DNA of 64,000 bases from NCBI GenBank assembly GCA_035362715.1, contig DAOSDU010000006.1, positions 29,151-93,150 of the forward strand, in the 5' to 3' direction. This DNA comes from Methanofastidiosum sp. Its GTDB lineage: Archaea > Methanobacteriota_B > Thermococci > Methanofastidiosales > Methanofastidiosaceae. Below the pieces are notes generated by a model. The model was not told the DNA's origin. It saw only the letters and a list, made by a program, of their open reading frames with translations, and did no database searches. A program made the position numbers and the translations under genes. This document shows, piece after piece, positions 30,144 to 41,465 of this stretch (the first letter of the stretch is position 1; every line of letters begins with the position of its first letter).

Positions 30144-31846
30144 AGGATCTTTGACATATAAGGCCCTTCTTTTTTATATTTAAATTTTCTATAGTATTCT
30201 CTTGCTCCAATGCCAGAAATTATTACCATCTTGTTTAAATCCAAATCTTCTTTTGCAATTCTTTCTGCTTCAAGCAATAATTTTCTTCCGTATCCCTGAT
30301 GCTGCCAACCAGATTCCTTTTTATCGCCTATACTGATAAGGCCACCATAGACGTGAAGCTCTCTTATTAATCCAGTTGAAACTTTGGATATCTCTTTTCT
30401 ATGTGCAAATTCTGAAGGTTTTCTTAATCTAGCATATCCAATCAAGATGTCCCTCTTGACATCTTCAAAACTGATAAAGTACTCTACCCCTTCTGAAGCC
30501 TCATAGCTTTCAGTCAGTAACTTAATGTTTTGAAGCTCTGGATAAATTCCTTCTTTGTGCGCTTTTCTTCCGACTTCCCTGCATCTGACACATTTGCACT
30601 GTATATTTCTTATTTTCAATTCTTCTTCAATCATCTGCCCGAGGTTAGAGCGTTTCACTCCAGCTTGGACAAGTGTAGATGGTATATCCCTCTGTATCCT
30701 CATGGTTCTTACCCATTTTGGCATGAACTCCTTGATCTTCAGTATAAGCTCCATTGCTTCTTCTGTAGTGTAAGGTACATATTCACCTTTTTTCCACATG
30801 TCGTATAATTCCGTTCCTTCTAGAACAAGACATGAATAGAACTTCACCATATCAGGCATGAATAATTTGTTAGAGAATATTGTTCTAAAAGTATCTATGT
30901 CTTTTTCAAATGAAGACCCAGGTAATCCAGGCATCATATGATAGTTTATCTTAAATCCAGAGTCCTTTAGGATTCTTGTAGCTTGAACGACATCGTTAAC
31001 TGTGTGGCCTCGATTAACTTTTTGGTATATTTCCTCAGAGATAATTTGAACGCCTAGTTCAACTCTAGTGCCACCATAAGAGAGCATCCTATCACAGTGA
31101 ACTTCCTTTGCCCAGTCAGGCCTTGTTTCAAAGGTCATCCCAATGCATCTTATTTTTGATTTTTCATTAATTTTTTGAGCTTTGTCCAGAGTTAGTGGTT
31201 CATCTGCTAGGATATAAGATGCAAAATCATTAGAACTATTTTTTTGGCCAAATCTATTCTCTAGAGAAGTAATAACATAATTAACATCAAACATATTGTC
31301 TAAACTTGTTTCATCTGCATCAGGGTCAAAATAATTCATTGCATTTAGGCATTCTCTAATGAAATATTCTTGATAATCAAAAGATTGTGAGGGAAAGGTT
31401 CCTCCCATTATAATTAGTTCAACTTTATCTATTTCATGGCCTGTGTTATACAGCTGTTTTAATCTATGAAATGTTTGAAGAAATGGGTGAAATTTAAAAT
31501 TAATGGCCCTCATTGTTGCAGGTTCTTTCCCAGTATAGCTTTGAGGCGTATTAACAGCGTCCCCTGGACAGTATATGCATCTCCCATGCGGACATTTGCT
31601 AGGTAAAGGCATTACTGCTATGACTGCTACCCCTGACATAGTCCTTATTGGCCTTTTAATTAGAATCTTCACAAACTCTTCTTGCCTATCTTTAAGATAT
31701 TCTAAAATGTCTGAATTTCTAGGGGTTCTATCCAAGTTAAAGGCACTTGAAATTTCTGATTTCTTTAGCTCAAGTTCTCTGGAATTCTTTATTTTTCCTT
31801 CTAAGAACTCTTCAGATAGCTTCTTACATGCCCCTTTATAGTTCAT
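30137..31846 (-). CDS. elp3: Elp3-family radical SAM/GNAT protein (tRNA U34 carboxymethyl-modification acetyltransferase)
   Basis: Radical SAM CPHGRCIYCPG, central Elp3 region, C-terminal GNAT QHQGYGRKLLLEAERIA. Confidence 0.9.
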   Translation of the reverse strand: MNYKGACKKLSEEFLEGKIKNSRELELKKSEISSAFNLDRTPRNSDILEYLKDRQEEFVKILIKRPIRTMSGVAVIAVMPLPSKCPHGRCIYCPGDAVNTPQSYTGKEPATMRAINFKFHPFLQTFHRLKQLYNTGHEIDKVELIIMGGTFPSQSFDYQEYFIRECLNAMNYFDPDADETSLDNMFDVNYVITSLENRFGQKNSSNDFASYILADEPLTLDKAQKINEKSKIRCIGMTFETRPDWAKEVHCDRMLSYGGTRVELGVQIISEEIYQKVNRGHTVNDVVQATRILKDSGFKINYHMMPGLPGSSFEKDIDTFRTIFSNKLFMPDMVKFYSCLVLEGTELYDMWKKGEYVPYTTEEAMELILKIKEFMPKWVRTMRIQRDIPSTLVQAGVKRSNLGQMIEEELKIRNIQCKCVRCREVGRKAHKEGIYPELQNIKLLTESYEASEGVEYFISFEDVKRDILIGYARLRKPSEFAHRKEISKVSTGLIRELHVYGGLISIGDKKESGWQHQGYGRKLLLEAERIAKEDLDLNKMVIISGIGAREYYRKFKYKKEGPYMSKILQ

Positions 31847-31934
31847 AATATTTATTTTCTAGTTAGATTATTAAAATTGACTGTTTCATTTTCTGAAACT
31901 TTCGATAAAACCGTTTCAAGATAATGCTTTTATA

Positions 31935-32837
31935 TTGTTTCAAACAAGTATATGTGTGGTAAAAATGAATAAAACAATGAAAATATCTTTGCTAATCTTA
32001 ATACCAGCGTTACTAATAATGGCTCTACCCATTGGAATACTTTCTGAAGACTACGAAACTGCCACAACTTCTGCGATTTCATATCTAGAAAGGATAGATC
32101 CAGAAAATCCATACCTCCCCCTTGCAAAAGATACCGCAATTACCAACCCAAAGATGTCAATCAATTTTGCATTGAAGGGTATCATAGAAAGTGAGAAGGG
32201 GAATAAAGAGGATAATTTGAACAAGGCTCTGGAAATAATGAGCTCTCTTAAACTTATACCTGAAGATAGAAGAGACATGTTCAATGTTTTAATTCTAGAA
32301 TACAATCTTACACGCTCACAGAAATACATAGAGGATTCCGCCAAGACTTCAAATCTTAGATACTTGGCGAATTCAGAAGAATATTTAAAACAAGCAAATG
32401 ATGATCTTAATGAAATTAGTGGGAATGGTTTGGGAGAAACAGAAACAAAACTTAAAAAAATAGCAGAGACTTATATGAATCGGTCTTCAAATTATTCAAA
32501 TTTATATAAAGAAATGGCGTTAATATCTTATGATGAGAACAGATACCTTGCAACGACACTTTTCTCAATATATGCTAAAAATGACAATCAAAGTTTTGAT
32601 GAACCTTTAGATGTTATTTTAACAAGATTTGAAGAAAAGTGGAACTCTTTCTTTGGTTCAGGCGCATACAAAGATTCACCTTTTAGTCCTGATTCTCTAA
32701 AAGAGCTTCAGAGAAAAGCAATTAATTATAGAGGAGAAGGAAACGAAGATTTTGCAAATGTCATATCAGACTACATAAAGTTCCAGGCAATATCTTATAC
32801 AGAATTTATTAATGCTATTGAGGAGGGAGGACTTTAA
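31935..32837 (+). CDS. Hypothetical exported protein (true start possibly at internal MNKTMK, about 31965)
   Basis: Signal-anchor LLILIPALLIMALPIGIL; no family recognized. Confidence 0.4.
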   Translation: MFQTSICVVKMNKTMKISLLILIPALLIMALPIGILSEDYETATTSAISYLERIDPENPYLPLAKDTAITNPKMSINFALKGIIESEKGNKEDNLNKALEIMSSLKLIPEDRRDMFNVLILEYNLTRSQKYIEDSAKTSNLRYLANSEEYLKQANDDLNEISGNGLGETETKLKKIAETYMNRSSNYSNLYKEMALISYDENRYLATTLFSIYAKNDNQSFDEPLDVILTRFEEKWNSFFGSGAYKDSPFSPDSLKELQRKAINYRGEGNEDFANVISDYIKFQAISYTEFINAIEEGGL

Positions 32838-33634
32838 TGGCAGAAGAAGCAAAATGGAAAAAAAATTCCAGAAGATGGGAAAAGAAGGCTAAAGATTACA
32901 AACTAAAAAAGGAAGAACTAGAATCCAAATACAATACCATCAATCAGGAAAATGAAAATCTTAAGAAAGAATTAATATCTACAAGAGAAGAAAGAGATAA
33001 AATTAAAGAAACTGAGAAGAAGGGCGAATTTGGCACAGTTGCCATTGCAGTCATTCTAATTCTTGGTATTCTTTTTGCAGGTTCAGTTGCAGGTTTGGCA
33101 TTTCTATATAACTCAAATCAAGCATTAACTTCGGCTAACTCAGACCTTACTGTGGAAACATCTTCATTGAGGGGTCAGATATCAAAGCTTCAATACGAAA
33201 AGAGCGTGCTTGAAGCAGAGAAAAGTAGCTATCAAAGCGAAGTAACAGACATTGAAAAAGAATTAGAAAAGGTCAAGGGAGACAGCGATGCTACCATAAG
33301 GCTTCTACAGAGGGAAGTTTTGTCTTTAACATCGAAAGTGTCAAGACTAGAATCAGACATCAAAGCAAAAGACATATCGATAGCATCCCTACAGAATCAG
33401 CTTGCAGAGTGTGAATATCGTAACAGGTGTTTTACCGTTAGTATTACACCAACTTCACGAACTGCATCTACAGGTTCAGATCACTCTTTAAGCTACACAA
33501 TGTATGTAAATTTCTCAGGATACGGATGTGGAAGAAGGATTGAAATCCCAATAACACTCAATTATGACTTCAACAATTCAGGCATCGATACCTTTGGACT
33601 TCAAGCCTCATCAGGGAACTGGTGTTGCAACTAG
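32837..33634 (+). CDS. Hypothetical coiled-coil membrane protein
   Basis: Charged N-terminus, central TM helix, long heptad coiled coil, Cys-containing C-terminus. Confidence 0.4.
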   Translation: MAEEAKWKKNSRRWEKKAKDYKLKKEELESKYNTINQENENLKKELISTREERDKIKETEKKGEFGTVAIAVILILGILFAGSVAGLAFLYNSNQALTSANSDLTVETSSLRGQISKLQYEKSVLEAEKSSYQSEVTDIEKELEKVKGDSDATIRLLQREVLSLTSKVSRLESDIKAKDISIASLQNQLAECEYRNRCFTVSITPTSRTASTGSDHSLSYTMYVNFSGYGCGRRIEIPITLNYDFNNSGIDTFGLQASSGNWCCN

Positions 33635-33635
33635 A

Positions 33636-33926
33636 TTATCTGATATATCTATCTCTTTTTTCACTTATTTTTTTACCATAATAAATAGGATATTTTTCTA
33701 TTTCTTTTTCTTTACCTTCTAATCTTCTAGAATAACCAACATGCCCTATTGTATAGACCAATACAAAAAAGAGGATAAACAAAATAGAGTTAATTAAAAG
33801 AAGCTCTGTAATTTTTTCAGGATATGTTCCCCTAATAATTTCTCTAATAGAAACTCCGATGAAAGAAACTAGATAGGTAAAAGTAGGAATCTCAACAGAA
33901 ATCAATAGAGCTTTTATTTTATCCAT
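33636..33926 (-). CDS. Small hypothetical membrane protein
   Basis: 96-aa ORF with two TM helices. Confidence 0.3.
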   Translation of the reverse strand: MDKIKALLISVEIPTFTYLVSFIGVSIREIIRGTYPEKITELLLINSILFILFFVLVYTIGHVGYSRRLEGKEKEIEKYPIYYGKKISEKRDRYIR

Positions 33927-33989
33927 ATCATCTAAACAATAATAATTTTGATAAATATAAATATTGGGGTATAAATTAAAAAAAGAAGT

Positions 33990-34655
33990 TTAATCAATAA
34001 AGCTAATTGAGGTATCCTTTATTTCAGGTATATAGGAAGAAATATCTGATTTGATAAATTCCTCAAGAGAGCTTCTGTAAGGTGGATTAATCCCTTTAAG
34101 TTCTATATTGACCTTTTCCCCTTCAACGTTAACTACTTGTGAAGAAACATCAATACCTGGGGCTCTGACCTTTAAAATAGCATTAATCTTTTCAGTCAGG
34201 TCCTCAATTTTCTTTAGAAGTGTTACTTCGTATAAGAGTGTTTTTCCAGATAATGGATGATTGAAGTCAAGCTTTACCCTTCCACTTGAAACACTTCTTA
34301 CAGTCGCCCAGTGGCCGTTAATTTCTATTTTTAATCCAGCCCTTGGAAATATACCATGCTTCTTAAAATCGTTCAAATGCATTATTTGTAATAGAGAAGA
34401 ATCTCTCTTTCCAAACCCTTTTTCAGGAGTTATATCAAAAGTTTTTGTTTCGCCAACTTCTATATCTAAAAGGGACTCGTCCAATCCTTTAATGACATGT
34501 CCGGCACCTACGACTACCTGTATAGGCTCGTATTTATTCCCTTCGTTATATACGTTAGCTTGTTTTGCTTTTGTTTCATCAGTTACATCAAAGATTTTAC
34601 CCGTTTCTTTGATTTTCCCAACATATTGTATCTCAACAAAATCTCCGTCTTTCAA
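33990..34655 (-). CDS. FKBP-type peptidyl-prolyl cis-trans isomerase (long archaeal type with IF insert)
   Basis: GDFVEIQYVGK...GKIFD...NVYNEG..VGAGHVIKGLDESLL..GETK FKBP signature; 221 aa. Confidence 0.8.
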   Translation of the reverse strand: MKDGDFVEIQYVGKIKETGKIFDVTDETKAKQANVYNEGNKYEPIQVVVGAGHVIKGLDESLLDIEVGETKTFDITPEKGFGKRDSSLLQIMHLNDFKKHGIFPRAGLKIEINGHWATVRSVSSGRVKLDFNHPLSGKTLLYEVTLLKKIEDLTEKINAILKVRAPGIDVSSQVVNVEGEKVNIELKGINPPYRSSLEEFIKSDISSYIPEIKDTSISFID

Positions 34656-34663
34656 TGAATCAC

Positions 34664-35611
34664 CTATTTGTCTTCGATTCCATTTTCAGTTACAAAGAAT
34701 ATTGCTTCTCCCTCTGGTAAGTTTGGAGAGTCAACGAGTCTTGCTATTCTTTGTCCGCCTTTTGCTTTTCTTAAATATAATCTAAGTGTAGATGAGTGAC
34801 CAAGGATATGTCCCCCTATAGGCCTTGTCGGATCGCCAAAAAAAGCATCAGGTTTTGCTGAAACTTGATTAGTAACAAATACACAGACATCTTGATTAGA
34901 TGCAATGCTATGTAGCGTCCTTAAATGCCTTGCGAGTTTTTGCTGTCTTTCAGCCAAAGTCCCTCTTCCAACATACTCCGATCTAAATGAAGAAGTAAGA
35001 GAATCAACTACAAGTAATTTAATATTTTCTGCTTCGATTAAATCTACAGTTTTTTCAGTAAGTAACATCTGATGGTCAGAATTAAAAGCTCTTGCAACTC
35101 TGATCTTGCCCAACACTTCTGTTGGATCCATGCCCACTCCCTTGGCCATCTGAATAATCCTTTCTGGCCTAAATGTACTTTCCGTATCTATGAATATAGC
35201 ACCGGCGTCAAGTCCACCTTTTTCAATTGGTAACTGCACATTTACACAAAGCTGATGACCAATCTGACTTTTTCCTGAGCCGAATTCTCCAAAAGCTTCA
35301 ATTATTGCTTGTGTCTCGAATCCTCCAGCTATTAATTCATCAAGCCTTTTGCTTCCAGAAGTAATTCTGCCGATAAATTTTCTTTTTTCTAAAAGTTCAT
35401 TTGCTGTTAAAAATCCACCTACGTCAGCGGCTTCTCTGGCAGCTTCAATTATCTTGGAGGCAGAACTTTCACCGATTTCAGCAATTTCAAACAATTCCTT
35501 TGGTGAAGCTACAGCTATTGACTCCACAGTTCTAAATCCGGCCTCTCTTAGCTTTTCCGCAGTCTTAGGGCCTATTCCTGGAAGACCTTCAAGGTCTTTT
35601 ATTTTTTCCAT
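34664..35611 (-). CDS. radA: DNA repair and recombination protein RadA
   Basis: N-terminal HhH ([12 protein letters not shown]), Walker [10 protein letters not shown], RecA/Rad51 core; 315 aa. Confidence 0.95.
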   Translation of the reverse strand: MEKIKDLEGLPGIGPKTAEKLREAGFRTVESIAVASPKELFEIAEIGESSASKIIEAAREAADVGGFLTANELLEKRKFIGRITSGSKRLDELIAGGFETQAIIEAFGEFGSGKSQIGHQLCVNVQLPIEKGGLDAGAIFIDTESTFRPERIIQMAKGVGMDPTEVLGKIRVARAFNSDHQMLLTEKTVDLIEAENIKLLVVDSLTSSFRSEYVGRGTLAERQQKLARHLRTLHSIASNQDVCVFVTNQVSAKPDAFFGDPTRPIGGHILGHSSTLRLYLRKAKGGQRIARLVDSPNLPEGEAIFFVTENGIEDK

Positions 35612-37317
35612 TAAATCACCATAAATATATCTCTAGCCTTGGAGGCAGGATTTATTTCTTTAATCTCATACCCATAAAACTCTTTCAAGTTATTATTTTC
35701 ATAAATTCTGGCTTTAATATCGTATTCCTTCCAAGGTTGTACTTCCTTTTTAATCTTACCTCTAATATTGCCATAACCGTCGTCACAAATAACAATAAAG
35801 CCATCTCCTTCGCTTACAATATGCTTTATCAAAGGAGAGATAATACAATAATCGTTGTTTGATACTTCATCTATAGTTTTGGAGGGAGGGTTTTTGATAG
35901 ATTCGAGGCTAGGAATGCTATATTCGCCCTTTTGAATAGAGCTTGCTTTAATAAACAAAACATCAGAATCCTTTTCAACCGTTCCAACTACTTTAACAGC
36001 ATCACCGATGTTAAAATTTTTATTTGTTATCTGACTCAAAGAGATAGGGATACTACCGGATTCATCAATAACAATTAAGAAATCCCCTTCAATTCCATTG
36101 ACTCTTGCTAGGATATTGACGGTGTCAGATAAACTGTAATCTGCTATCTTCTTTTCTTCTGGCTTTTCTTCAGCTTTAGAAGATTGTATCCTTGAACCGA
36201 GACCAAGGTGTGCTTCAAGACCATTATTGAATTTTATGTTACAGGATTCGATCCTTACTTTGGTGCTAGGTACTAAAGTTGCCAATAAATCTGCTTTATC
36301 GTCCCACAGGACTACTTTAAGATCGTGCGTACCATCGCTAAGTAAAAATCTGCCAACTTTTCCAGTTCCACTTTCTCTTGTGAAAGTTCTAATATCATAT
36401 ACTTCTTTAACATACCCTTCAATGTTTATGCCCTTCATATTTTCATTGAGGTCAGGTATAGAAACTGTGAGAGATTCAGATTTTGGGATGTCTTCCCTTT
36501 CAGTCTTTTCAGGTATTATATTTGATGAAGATCCAAGATTTATTTCAACAGAGTTTAATCCCATCTTGGAGTAAGCATTTTCAATGGTAATAATATCATT
36601 TTTTGCAAAGGTGTTTAATAATTCAGCTTTTTTATCCCACAGAGTCACCCTTATCTCCCCTGTGTCATCCATTATCATGAAGTTACCAACTTTTCCAACA
36701 GAACCGTCTTTTTTAGTAAATTCCCTTACGCCATAGATTACAGAAATTCTGCCTGTGACATCAATGTTATTCATCTTATCTTCAATATCCCTGATTTTTA
36801 GTTTAACATAATTTATAGGAGGGTAATCGGCGCTGTCTTGACCGCCAGAAATAACGCCATCTTTGCCAAGACTAACCTCAAATTCGTTGTTAAACCCTTT
36901 CCTTAGATATCCATTTCTAACTGTGACGACGTCGCCTCTCTTAAATTGCTTAAGTTTTTCTATCTGATCGTCCCAAAAAACAATTCTAATACTTCCTGTT
37001 TTGTCGGCAATTACGATATTCTGAACCCTACCCTCTGTGCCTGTCTTTCTTTGGAAAGTATTAAAATCAAAAATTCTCATAATCCTGCCACTGATGTCAA
37101 CGTGTTGCATGCCTTCATTAATGTCTGAAATAAAAAAGTGTTTTTTCTCTTTAGGAATTTCTTCAAAAGATACACCTAGCTCTCCAGCTATCAGGAGCAA
37201 TGCCCCTTCTTCTGATAACAATCCCCCCACAGATTGAATCTTCTTATCAATTCTTTCTTTTAGTTCGTTTTCAGAAATTGTTTCTAATAATCTTTCATAA
37301 AGAGCTTCCGCTGTCAT
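35611..37317 (-). CDS. Replication factor A (RPA-like ssDNA-binding protein with multiple OB folds)
   Basis: Four repeated OB-fold units (e.g. [42 protein letters not shown]); stop overlaps radA start. Confidence 0.65.
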   Translation of the reverse strand: MTAEALYERLLETISENELKERIDKKIQSVGGLLSEEGALLLIAGELGVSFEEIPKEKKHFFISDINEGMQHVDISGRIMRIFDFNTFQRKTGTEGRVQNIVIADKTGSIRIVFWDDQIEKLKQFKRGDVVTVRNGYLRKGFNNEFEVSLGKDGVISGGQDSADYPPINYVKLKIRDIEDKMNNIDVTGRISVIYGVREFTKKDGSVGKVGNFMIMDDTGEIRVTLWDKKAELLNTFAKNDIITIENAYSKMGLNSVEINLGSSSNIIPEKTEREDIPKSESLTVSIPDLNENMKGINIEGYVKEVYDIRTFTRESGTGKVGRFLLSDGTHDLKVVLWDDKADLLATLVPSTKVRIESCNIKFNNGLEAHLGLGSRIQSSKAEEKPEEKKIADYSLSDTVNILARVNGIEGDFLIVIDESGSIPISLSQITNKNFNIGDAVKVVGTVEKDSDVLFIKASSIQKGEYSIPSLESIKNPPSKTIDEVSNNDYCIISPLIKHIVSEGDGFIVICDDGYGNIRGKIKKEVQPWKEYDIKARIYENNNLKEFYGYEIKEINPASKARDIFMVI

Positions 37318-37460
37318 AGGTTACCAGAAAGATTAATTTTTTGGTGTTTATAAAATTTGGGGTATGTTTATAGATAATTAAAAATACACTTTCAAATACT
37401 GAAAACTGAAAATTATAAATTTATACAATTATAAGATAATCTTTTAAACTATGATGGGTT

Positions 37461-38300
37461 ATGATGTTTATGAATATCAATAAAAAGTGGATATTCATAG
37501 TAATTGCAGTAGTTTTAATAATTGGAATTCTATATCTTGGTCAAGATACTTTCTTCAATTTTAAGAAGAATCCTAAAATATCGGCCAGTGTTGATGTTTT
37601 GGCAACTAAGATGCTAATAACAAATGAAGAAACTGGAATTCTAAATTTAGAAAATACAGGGAAAAGCAATGCTATAGAAATAGAAGTAACGGAAGTTTCA
37701 CCATTTACTGTTACCCTAGAATCCACACCTCCATTATTGTTGGAAAAAGGAAAGACTTCTACCATAAAATTAAAAATAGTTGCAGAAAAAGAGGTACTAA
37801 AACTTTCTGAAACAAGGAAAAATATACCTCTTGAATTCACAATTAAATATAAGAATAATGAAGGCATTCAAATGAATGCTGTTACAGCTAAAACAACTGT
37901 TCAGGTTTATAGACCAAAATTTGATATTAAAAAAATAGACCTAGGCGGGCTTCTTAAAACAGAGTTATCCCTTAAACACGACCAAAATGGACTTTTAATG
38001 ATGGACATTGAATCTGATCAAGTGTTTAAAGAAGGAGAGTACTGGATAGAATTTACATCGGATTACTCTGATTTAGAGGTGGAGTCTGTTGATAAATATC
38101 CATCTGAGAAGATATATGGTGGCTACAAATTCACTTTTCAAGACCTCCTCCCTGGAAATAAAAGAATATCAAAATCATTTCTACTCAAATCAAAGGTTTC
38201 TGCTGGGAGTTATGAGACTAGATTCATTGTAAATACTAAAGTATTTTGGAGAGGGATTTTACTTGATCAAGAAAATATCAATGTAGTCGTATCAGAATAA
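37461..38300 (+). CDS. Hypothetical membrane-anchored extracytoplasmic protein
   Basis: N-terminal TM; beta-rich repeats; no family. Confidence 0.4.
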   Translation: MMFMNINKKWIFIVIAVVLIIGILYLGQDTFFNFKKNPKISASVDVLATKMLITNEETGILNLENTGKSNAIEIEVTEVSPFTVTLESTPPLLLEKGKTSTIKLKIVAEKEVLKLSETRKNIPLEFTIKYKNNEGIQMNAVTAKTTVQVYRPKFDIKKIDLGGLLKTELSLKHDQNGLLMMDIESDQVFKEGEYWIEFTSDYSDLEVESVDKYPSEKIYGGYKFTFQDLLPGNKRISKSFLLKSKVSAGSYETRFIVNTKVFWRGILLDQENINVVVSE

Positions 38301-38441
38301 TAAAATCCTCCTATTTTATGTTAAATTTCATTAATTAAGCGAATAAATCTATATTTTTAAGCAATTGTGAAATAACCAAAAAGTATATAAATAGGCAACG
38401 AAACTTTTTCATGCTAGTTCTCTAGCGTTTTTCAATGAGCG

Positions 38442-38705
38442 TTGATAGAGGGAGATATTATGGATGTACTCGTAGGAAAGAAAAAGGCAATGGCGTATGT
38501 TCTTGCTATAGTCACTGGATTTAATGCAGGTGAGAATGAGATAACCATAAAAGCTAGGGGAAGAAGTATATCTACTGCTGTGGATACTGCAGAAATCGTA
38601 AAAAGCAGATTTGTTCCCGATGCTAAAATTACCGATATAAAGATTGGAACAGAGCAGGTAGAACAGAGAGCAGTTAGTACTATTGAAATAACGATGAAAA
38701 AATAA
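38442..38705 (+). CDS. albA: Chromatin protein Alba
   Basis: 87 aa, [22 protein letters not shown]...[19 protein letters not shown] is near-canonical Alba. Confidence 0.9.
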   Translation: MIEGDIMDVLVGKKKAMAYVLAIVTGFNAGENEITIKARGRSISTAVDTAEIVKSRFVPDAKITDIKIGTEQVEQRAVSTIEITMKK

Positions 38706-38723
38706 AAATCATTGAGGGATATA

Positions 38724-38825
38724 ATGGGCAAAAGGCCACGAAAATGGAAAAAGAAAGGCAGAATGCGCTGGAGACACGTTAAGAAGAAAATGAGAAGAAT
38801 GAAAAGAAAAGCTAGAAAGCAATAA
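38724..38825 (+). CDS. rpl41e: Ribosomal protein eL41 (33 aa; below ORF-track cutoff)
   Basis: MGKRPRKWKKKGRMRWRHVKKKMRRMKRKARKQ closely resembles archaeal L41e (MKRRPRKWKKKGRMRWKW...). Confidence 0.7.
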   Translation: MGKRPRKWKKKGRMRWRHVKKKMRRMKRKARKQ

Positions 38826-38885
38826 ATTCATTCTTTTGCCCCAGTTTTTTAGATACTTTTTTAATATACTTTATTTATTTCTTTT

Positions 38886-39326
38886 ATGAAAAGAAAAGAG
38901 ATTGTTACTTCATTTTTATTTAAGGATGGGAAGGTCCTCCTTCTTAAAAGAAGCGATAAGGTTGGCACTTTTAGAGGCAAATGGGCAGGTGTTTCTGGAT
39001 TCATTGAAGAAGAAAACAGCCTTGATGCCGCTTTAAGAGAGATAAAAGAGGAAACAGGTGTTGATAAAAAACACTTAGAACTCCTAAAGAGTGGAACTCC
39101 TTTCGATGTCAATGATGTTGTAAATGATACCATATGGTCGATTAATCCATTCCTCTTCCTATTTAAGGGAAAAGAAATAAACATAGACTGGGAACACGAC
39201 GCTTTTGAATGGATCTATCCAAAAGAAATGGAAAATTATGATACAGTTACAAATCTTAAAAAGACCTTATTTGATCTTATTAAAAATTCTGATGCAGAAC
39301 AAATGATTGAAAACCTTAAATTCTAA
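38886..39326 (+). CDS. NUDIX hydrolase
   Basis: Nudix box GKWAGVSGFIEEENSLDAALREIKEETGV. Confidence 0.8.
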   Translation: MKRKEIVTSFLFKDGKVLLLKRSDKVGTFRGKWAGVSGFIEEENSLDAALREIKEETGVDKKHLELLKSGTPFDVNDVVNDTIWSINPFLFLFKGKEINIDWEHDAFEWIYPKEMENYDTVTNLKKTLFDLIKNSDAEQMIENLKF

Positions 39327-39343
39327 TAAATGGTAGTATAATT

Positions 39344-39940
39344 ATGAGAAAAGTTGAAGCTCTGCCTTATACAGTTGAAGAAGGAATTAAGAAGGTACTT
39401 ATGACCCTAAATAAGGTAGATATCGAATATTATACTGCTGGTAGAGAAATTTACATCAATGAAGATCTCCTATTGAATCAAGATTTAGAGGGAAATGATA
39501 GGTCGTTTATTAAAAAAATCAAGGATTACTTGAGAAATGAGATTGAAGCAGATTATGCAATACTATCATTTGATACTGCCCCAGATGGATCCTATATGGT
39601 CATCGAATATAATAATTATGCAACTTTTTCAGCACTTGCCAAAATTTTAAGTTTGAAACCCGAAGATGAAGTGAGTGAAGAGAAACATTTGCCTGGAATC
39701 AAGGATACAAAACTAGAAAGAGAGTTGGATATAATAAACAGAGAAATTTCAGGTGAAGATGTCAAGTTTGATGATAAAGAAGACGATGAGGAATACGACT
39801 ATATCAACTTTGGAGAAAGAAATTGCAAAGTTTGTGGATCTGTAATAAGAAGAGTTACAGTCCATGACAAAGATGGCAAAATGAGAGACGGCTACAAATG
39901 CGTCAACACGAACTGCCTAAAGATTTATATTATCAGGTAA
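39344..39940 (+). CDS. Hypothetical protein with C-terminal Zn-ribbon
   Basis: CKVCGS...CVNTNC four-Cys motif; acidic middle. Confidence 0.4.
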   Translation: MRKVEALPYTVEEGIKKVLMTLNKVDIEYYTAGREIYINEDLLLNQDLEGNDRSFIKKIKDYLRNEIEADYAILSFDTAPDGSYMVIEYNNYATFSALAKILSLKPEDEVSEEKHLPGIKDTKLERELDIINREISGEDVKFDDKEDDEEYDYINFGERNCKVCGSVIRRVTVHDKDGKMRDGYKCVNTNCLKIYIIR

Positions 39941-39973
39941 TTTTATAAGAGATAGGCTTAGATATTTTTCTAG

Positions 39974-40058
39974 GCGGGGGTTGCCGAGCATGGTCTAAGG
40001 CGCCGGACTTAAGATCCGGTGACGCAGGTCTTCGAGGGTTCGAATCCCTTCCCCCGCA
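39974..40058 (+). tRNA. tRNA-Leu (TAA), type II
   Basis: Acceptor GCGGGGG/CCCCCGC, anticodon stem CCGGA/TCCGG with loop CTTAAGA, long variable arm, T loop TTCGAAT. Confidence 0.85.
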
Positions 40059-40214
40059 CTTTTTACTAAAATTAATGCGGTATTGTTTCTCTCCTAATTT
40101 TAATATATTAAATCTAGAAAGCTTAAAATTAAAAATAATTAATTATGTAAATGATAATGTAAAACTTGTGAATAGATGCTAAAGAGTTTTAAACGGGAAT
40201 GAAAGAGGGATTTA

Positions 40215-40346
40215 ATGGGAAAATGTCCAATCTGCGGAAAGGAAACTATCAGGGGCAACGTGCTCTGCACAGATTGCTACATGAATAATAGGGCTCTGGA
40301 TAAAGCCAGTCAGCGAACTCTGGATCATCCAGAAGAGTCAGAATAA
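40215..40346 (+). CDS. Small Zn-ribbon protein (43 aa)
   Basis: MGKCPICGKE...CTDCY four-Cys ribbon; immediately downstream of tRNA-Leu. Confidence 0.35.
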   Translation: MGKCPICGKETIRGNVLCTDCYMNNRALDKASQRTLDHPEESE

Positions 40347-40975
40347 GATTATTGTAGGATTAAATATAATATTTTTTTATAAAAATACAAAAAAAAAGTT
40401 CCTAAATAGTTCACTAAAATAAAACGACATTATATCCCTTTACAGGAAGAATTCCGAATAAAATATAGATTACTCCTGTTATATCAATAGAATGTAATCT
40501 ATAAGCTTATTATACTGAATAAGTGTCTAAAGACAATACAGCCATATAATATCTATTTCATATATTTTAAATATAAATAAATATCTTGTACATAATAAAT
40601 AACCGAAAGAGTTATATAAGCTAAAAAGTATTGTAATATTACACAGGTCGAAACTTCACTAGCCTAATGCTGAAGTAATTCCTTATTAGGTTACTTGGCC
40701 TCTATATAACAGGCGTCAAAACTTGTTATCTATGCTTTGTGTCCATTAAGGCCTACGCTCTGGTCATGGTCAAATCTTTAATCAAACACCATGTTTGAAG
40801 GAATGAAAAGAAAGCTATTTTCTTTTCATTTGTCTCCTTGGATTTGATTGTTTCGTTAAGTCTAAACAAGCCCGAGTCTTCACATAATCTAGATAAGCGA
40901 CAAACTGTGTAATTTTCTTTTTTGATTAATTTATTAAGTTAGAATGAATGTTTTTTCTAAATTAAAAAAATAAAA

Positions 40976-41191
40976 TTAATTATTGTTTAGAATTTTTTTA
41001 GCTGAAACTATTATCGTCATTGCCATGGCCTTGATATAAGGATCTCCTATAATGCACATCTCTTCCAAGAACTCCTTGTTTTCCAAATAAAATCTTACAG
41101 CCCTCATCTTTGACTCAGGAATGTTATTTTCCATGTTTTCTCCTCTAACAAATTTCTCCCATAAAGAAATTCTCTTTTCTCTTCTTTTCAT
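40976..41191 (-). CDS. Hypothetical protein
   Basis: 71-aa ORF in island. Confidence 0.3.
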   Translation of the reverse strand: MKRREKRISLWEKFVRGENMENNIPESKMRAVRFYLENKEFLEEMCIIGDPYIKAMAMTIIVSAKKILNNN

Positions 41192-41453
41192 TGACCTTGA
41201 ACCGGTAGACGTCCTTGACCAGAAACAGGTAGTCCTCCAATCCTTTCATGATCGTCTTGGCTTTATCCGATGATCCTTCATTGCCAAAACACAAAAGCAA
41301 GAATCTGTACCCCTCGGTGTAGCTAATAGCATGCTCAATGGACATGATCATCTCTGAAAGCTCGATGATACTAAATGTGTACAGCTCCTCCCTTGTAAGC
41401 ATGGGCAGTGTATCTTCATGCCCCTTTTCTAAAACATCGATACTTTTTGCCAA
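41145..41453 (-). CDS. Hypothetical protein
   Basis: 102-aa ORF, overlaps downstream gene start. Confidence 0.35.
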   Translation of the reverse strand: MAKSIDVLEKGHEDTLPMLTREELYTFSIIELSEMIMSIEHAISYTEGYRFLLLCFGNEGSSDKAKTIMKGLEDYLFLVKDVYRFKVNEKKRKENFFMGEIC

Positions 41454-41465
41454 AATTTTTCCTCC

